A DNA stretch of 64,000 bases, taken from assembly GCF_036321535.1 (NCBI RefSeq), contig NC_087439.1:45570001-45634000 (forward strand). Reading direction: 5' to 3'. Positions 1 through 11,165 of the stretch are shown here, in pieces. The first letter of the stretch is position 1. Each line of letters opens with the position of its first letter. Position numbers and translations under genes: made by a program. The notes beneath the pieces are model-generated. The model did no database searches. It was not told the origin of the DNA and saw only the letters and a list, made by a program, of their open reading frames with translations. Origin of the DNA: Camelus dromedarius. Lineage: Eukaryota.

Positions 1-1594
1 GCAGGAGGGAGCGAAAACAAGTAACAGGTTCCCTTGCTCGCTTGCCAAGGGGGAGGTAATCTGATCCCTTAAATGGGGTGAGGGTAGGAGTGGGTCCAGG
101 GGTCTGGCTGGAGGGGTTGTTTAGGTGGTCTGCCCCCCTACCCGCCTGATGGTGCTGTGTGCAGGGATCATGCACACTACCCTACTTTTGCTCAGACACC
201 CTAGAAGTGACAGTCGGGTTTTTGGTTTTTTTGTATCTTGGTCACAATTTGCCCCAATTGTGCATATGCACAATTATTTTTAGTCCCTTATAGTTTCTTT
301 GTATTCTGTTGCTTGAGAAGACATTTGTCCTAGTACAAGCACTGTAGCCCAGGGTTCGAGGTCACAGGTAGGTCGCAGGTCTCAAGTCCCAGCCTGTCTC
401 AGTTCCAGGCTCCAGATGCCTCGCCCAAGGCTTTTTGTACTCTGTCTTCTCTGTAACTGTCATTGCAGCAAACCTTAAACACATCCAGCTAAGGAACAAA
501 CTTTGATAGTCATAAAACTCTCACCCTGTGATTGGTGGAAAAAAATTCCAGCACGGAAAGCCTCTGGCTTCTTGGGAAGGGTGTTCCCACCCAAGCACAG
601 TGGGGTGGGGTTAATTTGGCTGGCCAGAAGGAAACCTCATGTTGCAAGTGGAGGTCATTGGTTGGCCTGGCACTTCTCTGCCCCATTCCCTACATGAGCC
701 TGCAACTCTGTACAGTGAATGACAGGATGGAAGTAGTCTTTTATGTCACGGCGCTTTGTTCCCATGATGGTAATCCTCCATTTTAATGCTGACAAGTACA
801 ATAGTGAGGATTATGCCCCTTAATTTAATTTGGCCTGCATATGGCAAAGCTCTCACAAGGCTTTTATTTGACATTCTTTAGCACAGCTAGCCCGTTGTCA
901 TGTAAAAAGAAGCGCCTACGAGGGAGGCAGGAGATTGATAATGCTGGTGCAGATGTTTTTACACGGCAGCTGGTAACACACCCCCAGAGAAGCTGCTTCG
1001 TCGTGGGCCACTTCAGTGAGGATTCAGACTCAAAGAGATGGGAGGCTTCATGACTCAGGCAGTTTGAGGGGAGCTGGCACCTCACAAGAGGGGAAAAGGA
1101 GCACGTATTTCTCCCATGTGTCATCCTGGCGGTCCCAGGGCTTAGAGCCAATTGGGCTGACCTCAGAATTGATGAGCCAGAGAAACAGCCTCCCCGTCAG
1201 AGCCAACTATGAGCCAGATTTTCCTGTGAGCTGTGAGGTACAGATTGCCACGTATCTTGACAGACTGCTTGGGGGGTCGTTATAGAAATATGGGGCAGTG
1301 CTAAGGAGATTAAACAAAACCAAACTTTTCTTTTTGTATCAGTATAGAAAGGAGGTTTCCTCTCCCACTCTTTAATTCCCATGCTAATTTTTCCTTCTGC
1401 TTCCATTTCACTCCTTCAGGGTGTGCCCTTCAGCAAATTTCCTGCCCCTGTGGCCAAGTTAGTGCACTAAAGCATCAGAGGACTTTCTAGGGAACCTCCT
1501 ATGGAAAAGGCAGCAGGTGTGGGAGTGGAGGTAGGGGTGGCAGCCTCCTTTTACCAAGTGTTTATGATGCTGTGGGTTATCTTGTTCCTGTAGA

Positions 1595-1785
1595 AAGTGG
1601 ATGGGCTTTGGGTTTGAATCTTAGTTCAACTGTTTACAAACTGTGAGATTTGACTTGGGCAAGTTCCTTCATCTTTCTGAATGTCAGTATCCTAGGCTGC
1701 AAAAAGAGAATAATTGTGAGGATTAGATAGAATCAATGCAAAGGAACTTGCACAGTTCTAGACATAGTAGGTGCTCAGTAAGGGA
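1595..1785 (+). mobile_element. MIR SINE fragment
   Basis: Degenerate MIR core and 3' end (cttgggcaagtt...catctttctga...gtgaggattagatag...acatagtaggtgctcagtaa); boundaries approximate. Confidence 0.8.
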
Positions 1786-1834
1786 CGATAGCAGGCCATT
1801 GCTGACTGTGGTGATAGAAGCAGTGGTAATAGGG

Positions 1835-1856
1835 TAGCAGCAGCAGTAGCAGCAGT

Positions 1857-1900
<44 letters not shown>

Positions 1901-1935
1901 CAGCAGTAGTAATGGTGGTAGTAGCAGTAGTAGTA
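1835..1935. repeat. Interrupted (CAG/TAG)n trinucleotide repeat
   Basis: About 100 bp of YAG triplets with a pure (CAG)8 at 1868-1891; lies just 3' of a MIR end. Confidence 0.95.
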
Positions 1936-4889
1936 TTTAAAGGTTCCTGTAAAGCTAACTGGACATGAAGGATCAGGACCCCTCTGGCTTAGCTCTAGCA
2001 CTGTGTGGACTAAAGTAAACATTGAGGATTCCAGCACTTTAGACACTTTGAACTATGCTCACACTCAGCCTGGACTTTAGAGCCAAATTTTATTTTCTTG
2101 TGTTCCTGGCTTTTTTCTCAGGGATAAATCTGAGCTCGTCTTTGGAACCAAGACTCACCCTTGTCAATATGGCCTGGATTTCACTGGCACACCCTCCAAT
2201 AATAACTTTCAGAACTTCCTTGATTGTTAGAGCCTTCTTAGAGTTTCTAGATTCTCAAAATATTAATTGGTAACATTTATTTTCAAAACCTTTTTGAAGC
2301 CAGAAACCTTATCACCAGCTGAAAAGAGCTTCAAGGAAAAATCTGTTTTGAGTTATATTTTTCCTTGTGGATTTGCTTATGGCTGTACATAAATATTTAT
2401 CTGAACTATTTCAACAAACCTTAAATCATCAGTGATCCTTATGCAAAGGACCCTTTTAGAAGAATTTTGGATGTCCAGAATGTCAGCAGTCAGAGTTCTC
2501 TTTATAGGACCAGATTCCAAGGGCCAGAGGCCTCTTTTAAAATATTTGGAGCTGTTTGGTGGTTTTCAATATCTTTTGTTTTCCTCTTTCGGTATATCTG
2601 TTCATGCTGTTCCTTCTGAATAGAATTCCCTTGCCAGTTCTTTCTTTACCTGGTGATATTTAACCATCCCTCAAGGTCTTACCATGTGGCAACACCTACA
2701 AGGCCTTGAAGCAGACCAGAGCCAGGAGAAGAGCAGCTCAGGTGGCAGAACATAGTGATCATGGTGCAGAGGCAGGATGGGGTGAGGAGGGGCACTTTGG
2801 GGAGGGTGAGATGTCCGGTGGGACACAGACTGACGGCAGGGTGGGAGTGGTGTGATATAGAGAGAACTACAGGGAATAAGCCAGATGGGAGCCAGGATGG
2901 GAGGCCTTACAAGCTGCGTGAATATTTTGGACCTTATTCTCTAAGGCGAAAGATGCACACCCACCGTCATCGGGTAGAATATGGTCTGCAGAGATATTTT
3001 GTTTGGCCTGGACAATGTTTTTGAAATTCTCAGTTTTCCACATATAAAAATAGAAACATTTCATATAATAATTCAAATTTCTGATGGCTCTTGAAAAGTT
3101 GGAGTATCTAGCAGCATAGCAGTTCTCTTAGAACTGAGTACAGGCTGTTTTCCATTGATACCACCTTGCCGGCCCGCTTAATTCATGAGCAGCCCCTACC
3201 AGCATCTGAGTTTGATTCCTGCCCACTGTGTGCAGGGACCCCATGCAGGTGGAGGATTTTTGACAGAAAAGAAAAAAAGAACTTTGCATATTGAGGCTGT
3301 TTTGAAAGAAAAGAAAACTTACTCAGGTTGAAAATATTACAGGAAACAATATTTTTGTAAAAATGAATTCTATATAAAAGTGTTTCAAGAAAATGAGACT
3401 ATAACCCTTCAGGTTGAAAGAAAATTAGCTGTATGTGTCCACAGCTTCATTAACTTTATTTGATTTTCTTCTCTGGGTTACCAGGGGACAATATTAGTGT
3501 TTCAGTTCCGAGTGTATTTAGTGAATTAAATGGCAGGTTGCTCCTCCCTGTAGAACACAAATATGCCATTATTTCCCGTTAGCATCACCCCAGTCGCTTT
3601 AAATTAAGAAGGAACCTGAGCAAGGGTTTGCCACAGAAGCTGTTGGCAGTAGTAATACCACACTCTACGTGCATCTTAGGAGTTTCTCAGACTTGTCCCC
3701 TTGATGAATAGACAAAACAGGAGGAGGGTTGAGTTTTTTCTTTTCATCTGAATGGTGTAGGTCAGGGAGACAGGAATAGAGAGGTCTGGTGAAACAGAAC
3801 TCTAGCAACTGCTGTGATAGGAAATTAGATAATAAACAGTCCCTGATACCAAGATTCTAATGGCCTAAGATCAACACAGTCTGGAGACGCAGGCAGGAGT
3901 GGCTTTCTGCACTCCAGCCCAGACCCTCCCCGGAGAGCTCTTTGTGTCAACAAGAACAGCCAGCGCTCCTGGCCAGCTCCCAGCGCTCAGAATGGGGCTA
4001 TCATTTTTGTTTACTTTGCAAATATCTTAATGGGAAGTGGTTCAACACCACCTATGGGTTAATCTGAAGGGTTCTGCTTGGCAGCTGTTAGCTCTGAGAA
4101 CCACATGGCCATTCCCCGGTGGAGGGAGTTGGGCTGACTGTTAACTACCCAGCGCCAGGCTGAGGCATCTTTTTGCTTATTGGATTTACTGACTGGCAGG
4201 GAGCACCTTGTTGACTTTTATTTTTAGTTTGTTCCTCCTGGGAGGGTAAGGATATTATTCTCTGTTCCAACTGTGCTTTTTCCTCTAGGATAGGGCAGTT
4301 GTTTGCATTAGTTTCACTAGCATACAACATACTTCTTTCACCCAAGTTCAGTCTCAAAGAATCTGAAATTTGATATTACAAGGGGTGGTGTTGTAATAGG
4401 AAGAATGATCTAGTAGGTTAGCCTAGGGGGGAGGCCATATAGCCCTGTCTTCACCTGGGACCTAAAGAGTTGAACAGACACTGAATTTCTTAAAAATCTC
4501 TGCTCTACTGTTCCTTTAGTTTTCTCTGCCTGAATTTGGCTTTCACTTGTCCTGAACGATGGGAAGGCTTCCCTGGGTGACTTGGCCGACACGTGTCTTT
4601 CTGGATCTGTGTTAGCTGACATTGGCACAAATAAGCACTTTCTTTATGCTTTCCTCCCAGGATTTTAGGCAGGGTTGGATGCTTTCCACAATGCAGGTTA
4701 GGGAAGTTCCTAGACTAATGACAGGCTTGTAGGCAGTTTCCAAATGCGCCCCATTTATAAAAATGCAGAAAGCTCAGATGATGCTGTCGATCCGAGAACA
4801 AATGTCCAGCTACGCTCAGTAACAGTGCAGCCTTGCTTCTCAGACCTTCTCCTTGCCTGAAGGTTTCCACACTTATTTGTAGGATTGCC

Positions 4890-5290
4890 TGGTGGTTGAG
4901 AACAGGGGCCCTGGAGTCCTCTAGGCCTGCTACTACTAAGTAAAATCTTGATGAACTTATTTTCTCAGAGCCTCCATTTTCTCATCTTTAAATGGAAGAT
5001 AAAAACAGCACAATGTCTACCTCACCAGGTCATGAAAGTTAAATGAGACAACATGTACAAAGCACATGGCACCTCGGGGGAGGGCATAGCTCAGTGATAG
5101 AGTATGTGCTTAGCATGCACGAGGTCCTGGGTTCAATCCCCAGTACCTCCATTTTAAAAAATAAATAAATCTAATTACCTCCCCCGCAAAATGTAATAAA
5201 GTTTAAGAAAAATGGTTTAAAAAAACATTTTAAAAGAAAAAGCACACAGCATCTCACCTGACACACTAAGCATTCATAAATAGTAGTACT
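4890..5290 (+). mobile_element. MIR SINE interrupted by a younger SINE
   Basis: cagagcctccattttctcatctttaaatgg...aaatgagacaacatgtacaaagcac; MIR 3' part resumes after 5239 (gacacactaagcattcataaatagtag). Confidence 0.75.
5076..5238 (+). mobile_element. tRNA-Ala(AGC)-derived SINE, camelid vic-1 type
   Basis: ggggagggcatagctcagtgatagag (A box), ttagcat anticodon loop, ggttcaatccc (B box), A-rich tail; diverged 17-bp TSD aaagcacatggcacctc (5059-5075) / aaagcacacagcatctc (5239-5255). Confidence 0.85.
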
Positions 5291-5379
5291 GGGGGAGTTA
5301 TTGCTGTTCTTTCTGAGGACTCACCTTTCTTCATGTAATCCTGCATATTATACATTCCTTTCCAAAGTCATCATTTTTA

Positions 5380-5615
5380 AAATTTTTTAAATCTAATTTT
5401 ATTTTTTAATTGAAGTATAATCAGTTACAATGTGTCAATTTCTGGTGTACAACATAATGTCTTAGTCATGCATATACATACATATATTCATTTTCATATT
5501 CTGTTTCATTAAAGGTTATTACAAGATATTGATATAGTTCCCTGTGCTATACAGAAGAAATTTGCTTTTTTTTAATCTAGCTTTATACATAGTGGTTAAC
5601 ATTTGCAAATCTCAA
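5380..5615 (-). mobile_element. 5'-truncated L1 3' end (3'UTR only)
   Basis: T-rich tail then aattgaagtataatcagttacaatgtg...tatagttccctgtgctatacag, a reverse-complement L1 3'UTR; same family motifs as 13200-13475 and 31355-31556. Confidence 0.8.
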
Positions 5616-5760
5616 AAGTCCTCATTTTTGACGTCTGTTACTCCCAACCCTTTGAAAGTAAGCCAGTGCCAAATTGAGGACAATTTCAATATCAAAGTAA
5701 ATAATGTTAATTAAAGAATATAATGTGCTGAATAAAATAATTCAGGAATCTACCTTGATA

Positions 5761-5868
5761 GAAAGAAGGAGGGAAGGAAGGAAAGAGGGAAATGAGGGAG
5801 AGAGGGAAGGAGATTGAAAAGAGAGAGAGAGGAAGGAAGAAAGGTGAGGGAGGAAGGAAGAAAGAAAC
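5761..5868. repeat. GA-rich polypurine low-complexity tract
   Basis: About 105 bp almost entirely G/A (gaaagaaggagggaaggaagg...). Confidence 0.9.
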
Positions 5869-5934
5869 GGTAGGCTTTCCCTTGCAATAAAATGTGAAAT
5901 AACAAATGTGAAAGGAATGATGAAAGCAGAGAAT

Positions 5935-6815
5935 CACCATTTGGCAGCTACCAAAATAATCATTGTTTCAGGCAGGAATCATCAATGGATGCTAAAACTA
6001 GTAGGTGGAAGTTTAAGGAGTAACAAGCTATTTGCATAATCTTAGAGTAAATCTGCTTAAGATGCTTTTACAAAAAGACAGTGGGAGAAATCTGGCAGAC
6101 ACCACCTTAACCAAATGATGAAAATTAGCATCACCAGTAATCAGACAAATTGCCAGCATGTGCCTCCTGATAGGCTACACCGAAAAGAACACATCACCTT
6201 CCATGGATTTCCAGCCACATATGCATAACCTGAATTCAATCATGAGGAAACAGCAGGCTAACCAAACAAAAGGACCCTCTTCCAAAATAACTGACCTGTA
6301 GGCTTCAAAATGAAACACAAAGGATAACTGAGGAGCTGTTCCAGATGAAAGGAGATTAAAGGAACATGACAGCTGAATGCAGTGTGTGATCCAGAATTTT
6401 GTTTCTCTGTTGTCTCAAGACAACATTGAAACAATTGGCAAAATCTGAATACAAACTATACATTGGACAATAGCATTGTAGTAATATTAATTTCCTGACT
6501 TTGATAATTGCATTATGGTCATATTAAGAGAATGCCCTTGATTTAAAAACACACACTGAAGCATTTAGGGTTAAAGGAGTATCAGGTGCAACTGACATTC
6601 AAATCGTTCAGAAGAACTTTTTGTGTGTTTGTCTGTGTGTATGGTTATCAGTTATCCACGTACCAAGAAAAGGAGCAAGGGAGGATAAAGCAAATGTGTA
6701 CATTACTAATATTCGGAGAATCTGCTGAATAATACACAAGAATTCCTTATACCATTCTTGCATCTTTTCTATAAATATGAAATTAAGTCCAAATAAAATG
6801 TTAAAATTAAGAAAT
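5935..6815 (+). mobile_element. Ancient L1 3' region (L1MC/L1ME-like)
   Basis: Recalled motifs atcatcaatggatgctaaaact, ggagaaatctggcagacaccaccttaacca, tattaatttcctgactttgataattg. Confidence 0.65.
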
Positions 6816-6837
6816 AAGACAGTGCTGTTTTCCTCCT

Positions 6838-7790
6838 TTATTTTTTTAAGCATTTTTATTGATTTATAATCATTTTCCCATGTTGTGTCAAATTCCAGTG
6901 TAGAGGACAATTTTTCAGTTATACATGAACATATATATATTCATTGTCACATTTTTTTCTCTGTGAGCTACCATAAGATCTTGTATATATTTCCCTATGC
7001 TATACAGTATAATCTTGTTTATCTATTCTACAATTTTGAAATCCCGTCTATCCCTTCCCACCCCCTGCCCCCTTGGCAACCACAAGTTTGTATTCTATGT
7101 CTATGAGTCTGTTTCTGTTTTGTATTTATGCTTTGTTTGTTTTTTGGTTTTTTTAGATTCCACATATGAGCGATCTCATATGGTATTTTTCTTTCTCTTT
7201 CTGGCTTACTTTACTTAGAATGACATTCTCCAGGAGCATCCATGTTGCTGCAAATGGNNNNNNNNNNNNNNNNNNNNNNNNNNNNNNNNNNNNNNNNNNN
7301 NNNNNNNNNNNNNNNNNNNNNNNNNNNNNNNNNNNNNNNNNNNNNNNNNNNNNNNNNNNNNNNNNNNNNNNNNNNNNNNNNNNNNNNNNNNNNNNNNNNN
7401 NNNNNNNNNNNTCCTGAAGTAGGGTTCCTTCTGGATATATGCCCAGGAGCGGGATTCCTGGGTTGTATGGTAANNNNNNNNNNNNNNNNNNNNNNNNNNN
7501 NNNNNNNNNNNNNNNNNNNNNNNNNNNNNNNNNNNNNNNNNNNNNNNNNNNNNNNNNNNNNNNNNNNNNNNNNNNNNNNNNNNNNNNNNNNNNNNNNNNN
7601 NNNNNNNNNATGATGGCCATTCTGTCTGGTGTNNNNNNNNNNNNNNNNNNNNNNNNNNNNNNNNNNNNNNNNNNNNNNNNNNNNNNNNNNNNNNNNNNNN
7701 NNNNNNNNNNNNNNNNNNNNNNNNNNNNNNNNNNNNNNNNNNNNNNNNNNNNNNNNNNNNNNNNNNNNNNNNNNNNNNNNNNNNNNNNNT
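6838..7790 (-). mobile_element. Young 5'-truncated L1 (ORF2 C-terminus + 3'UTR + polyA)
   Basis: Minus-frame peptides TPDRMAI / LPYNPGIPLLGIYPEGTLLQ / PFAATWMLLENVILSKVSQKEKEKYHMRSLICGI* match the L1 ORF2 C-terminus; T-tail at 6838-6848; 5' boundary hidden by Ns. Confidence 0.93.
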
Positions 7791-8184
7791 TTAAACAGGG
7801 CAATTCATCAGCCACTTTCTCTTTAGAAACTGATACTTCTCCATCCACACCTACATGTCTGTCCACATCAGCATGGCACTGCTTGGGGTCTGTCCTCCAG
7901 CTTCTCCACTGTGACATCACTGACTGGTCAGCACCCGCCACACACAATCTTGTTTAGACTTTTTCACTTTGTTTTTAAAAAACTCCCTAAAGTGTTCCTC
8001 CCCACCTTCATGCCCCCTCCTTCATCTTTGGGTCCCATCCCTCAGTTCCTTGCTTGTCATGCACTTCACTGCAGGGTTTCTTGCTTCTCTTCCCTCAAAC
8101 TGAGCACTGCTTTCAGAATTAAAGGAGGAAAAGTGGATTAAATGTTATCTTCTGGAGATGCACTGGTGACAAGAGCATCATCCA

Positions 8185-8300
8185 AGAAACGTGGATGTTG
8201 GACCTGTCTCTTCCTCTGACTCACTTGGACAAGTCATATCACCTCTCTGGGCCTCAGTTTCTCTGCTTACAGCAGGAAAAAAATGTAGTAAATGGTCTAT
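8185..8300 (+). mobile_element. MIR fragment
   Basis: cttggacaagtcatatcacctctctgggcctcagtttctc core. Confidence 0.7.
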
Positions 8301-8744
8301 GATGTTTCCTTTGCCATCACAAATCTATGCCTGGCCTAACTCAGTCTTTAAAGTGCTAAAACTGTAATTCAACCCACAAGTTACCTTGTGACCCCACCTA
8401 AAGGAGAAACAAAGCTTACAGAAAGGAAGCCACTCCACGTAATTGTCGTTGTAATTGTCATTGTCCTTCTCCATCCCGTGGAGCCTGAAGTTTCCAAGTT
8501 CAGAGGTTTGTCCTTCAGAAGTCAAAACTGTAAACAACAAGTATAACACTTTGCTAAGTGTGTGCTTTATTTCTGAATTCAGGCCAAGTATAGGCCTTTT
8601 AATTTAATCCTTTAAAAATCCTACTGTCATATTTTTATTATGTTCTGCCAGAAAGCACAAATGTAATCACTTTGGCCCAACTGGCCAAGAATTTTTATTT
8701 ATATTTTGCTGATGAAGAAGCTAAGGTGCTGATTTGCCCAAGTT

Positions 8745-8938
8745 TGAGTTGCTGTATTTAGCAAAGAAAGATGCAGTGGATACCCACTTAAATTAGAACT
8801 TTATATAAACAACAAGTTTCTTTTTAGCATAAGTATGTCCCATGAAGTATTTGAACAATGTTATACCAAAAAAATTATTCATTGTGTACCTGGAATTCAA
8901 ATTTAACTGGGTGTCCAGTATTTTATATGGCAACACTA
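8745..8938 (-). mobile_element. MER53 palindromic hAT MITE
   Basis: gttgctgtatttagcaaa...ttttagcataagtatgtccca...attcaaatttaactgggtgtccagtattttatatggcaacacta matches the recalled MER53 consensus; about 194 bp, imperfect palindrome. Confidence 0.8.
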
Positions 8939-9134
8939 ACCAAAGTGCTTTGACACTAACATATCATGAATATATATGTGTATATCATGAATACATATTG
9001 TAAAATGTGTTGCTAAACCTTGACTAAGTGTTTACAACAGTCCTCTTGCCTCTGTGTGCCATAATATCTAATGTTTTTTACCCTTTAGGAGCTTTCAATT
9101 GAAAACATAGTCGAAGACATCAATTCCTATTTAT

Positions 9135-9413
9135 TTACTAAGGTCTGTACTCAAGTGTCATCTCTGTAACTACTTAATCTAAAATTGCAGACCCTGCCTC
9201 CAGCACTTCCTATGCCTTAATTTTCTTCTTTGACCCTTAATTCTATTTAACATGCTTACATGTTTGCTTATTTTTTTGTTTATTGTCTGCCTTTCCCGCT
9301 AGAATGTAGGTTCTTATGAACTTCAGAATCATAGATTTCCTCATTTACTGCTCTATCCCCAGTAACGATAGGGGGCAAAAGGGCTCAATAAATACATGTG
9401 GAATGAATGAATG
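9135..9413 (+). mobile_element. L2 3' end
   Basis: tttattgtctgcctttcccgctagaatgtag...ctcaataaatacatgtggaatgaatgaatg terminal L2 signature. Confidence 0.8.
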
Positions 9414-10879
9414 CTGTCTGGGAGGCTACAGAGGACTTTAAATTGCACAATGTAATATATGCTGTTCTTATAATTGTGCAGAATCTCAAGAAGGCTTGTC
9501 ACCAAATTAGAACCTTGAGTGAAGCACAGGTGTGTACAATCTTAATGTTTGTCCATAGACATAAGGTAAGCAAAAGGTCAGCAGGACAGGGGTTAAGGGT
9601 TATCTTCAGACCTAGTTTGGATTTAATTTAATCTGCCTCCTGGCAAGTTTTCCAGAATTAAATGTTAGTCACTCCAGGTGTCTTGATTAAGGTCCCAAAT
9701 ACGATTGTGTGAATATCTGGAAGGGCCCAGTGACAAAATGGCACTGGAGGCTGAGAGCACACCCTCTGTGTCCTTCGGATCTCGGTTTGTATCTGGGTAT
9801 CTGGGTGCCACCTTGGCAGGCCACTCAAGCAGCCCAGGCTTCATCTGTGACATGGAGACCCTGGTGGGACCTATGTTGCTGGTGCTGATGTGAGGGTGGA
9901 ATGAGATGAACCAGTCAGGTCCTCTGCATGGTGAAGCATTGGTCAGTTCTTATGGCTGTTGCTGTGGCCCTCAGCCCATGGCCATGTGTTCCTTCGGGTC
10001 ACGGCTCTTCTCACTACTGCATCTTAATTCCATCCGCAGGCCTAGAGCTGAGTTTTCTCTTGGCTCCCTTGGTTGCTGACAAAGAACTGAAGTAAGCTTT
10101 ATAGGTTACTTTAAGCTTGGGTTACTTTAAGGGCCCTCCGTCAAGTGTTCTTTTTTTCCTCAATGAAGCAAGCATTCTCAGCAGAATGAAGAAAAGCCTT
10201 GTGCTCCTACCTTAGACTTTACACAGTGACGCTGACAGCAGTAAAATACTAAAGGAGAAAAAAAAAAAGAAATGAGAATACAAGAACAGGCAGATTAAGG
10301 CTATATAGGCTCACAGTTGGGGAAAAGCAATGAGGCAGACAAATATAATCAAACTTAAAGAGCTCAACGGGATTTGGGAAATTAGCATAAGTACATAAAT
10401 CAGACTAGTAGTGCTACCTTAGAGCAATGGCATTATGAAACATTTATCAGCCTTTTTGAGCCCAATGATGAATTTGTCCTTGAGCCATGTTTTAAAACTT
10501 AAAATGTGTCCAAGAGCAAACAAATATCCATATATTTAAGTATAACTTGTATATTCAGCTCATTCAGTAATGACACTCGGGTGAGATACAGGATATGCAT
10601 TCAAAATAGTTAGAAAAGTTACCAAGTAGCCAAACCCAATGAGAAAAAAAATACAAAAGCTGTGATTATCATTTTTTGTTTCCCTACTTTTCCTGACAGT
10701 AATAGTGATCTTATTTTGCATAATGGTTATATTCATTTTCCTATACTCTTTGTATTTCCTTCATATCATATATTAAAGCCCAGGAATAATGTTTTTTCCT
10801 CTTTAGAAATCAAGAAATGCCAAATAAAATAATAATGAGGAATTTTTTTCTTTTTTTTTTTTTTTGCTAAAGCAGAGAT

Positions 10880-11165
10880 TAAAAAGACTGATAATACCCA
10901 GTGTTGGTGATATGGCAAATGGGTCCTTTCTTCCTTTTGTGGATGTGAGTGTTAATTTTTGTTGCTTTTTAAAGGAGAATTTGATGATACAATTCAAAAA
11001 CTTTAAAATAGAAAACTTGTTTACTCTTTAACCTAATAGCTTTAAATTAAGATTTATCCTAGTCAAATAATTAGATGAGTACTCATAACTATATGCACAT
11101 AACTTTAATAATCCATTATTTATAATGTCATAGAACTGGAAACAAATAATCGAAAATAAATGTTA
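10880..11165 (+). mobile_element. Ancient L1ME-like fragment, left part of a split element
   Basis: aaaagactgataatacccagtgttggtga...actggaaacaaataa; continues after 13475. Confidence 0.55.

Noticed and set aside
1723-2046. Cys/Tyr-rich 107-aa ORF resembling a keratin-associated or metallothionein-like protein
   Set aside because: The composition comes wholly from the antisense (CTG/CTA)n repeat; the ORF runs into a MIR; no KAP pentapeptide repeats or promoter context
5076-5151. Apparent tRNA-Ala(AGC) gene
   Set aside because: Extra 5' bases, substitutions in the D arm, A-rich tail and TSD show it is the head of a SINE
7153-7947. 264-aa ORF, the longest in the track
   Set aside because: Read-through across N blocks fusing unique flank to the L1 ORF2 C-terminus; not a gene
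10104-10131. 12-bp direct repeat ggttactttaag
   Set aside because: Two copies only; micro-duplication with no supporting context
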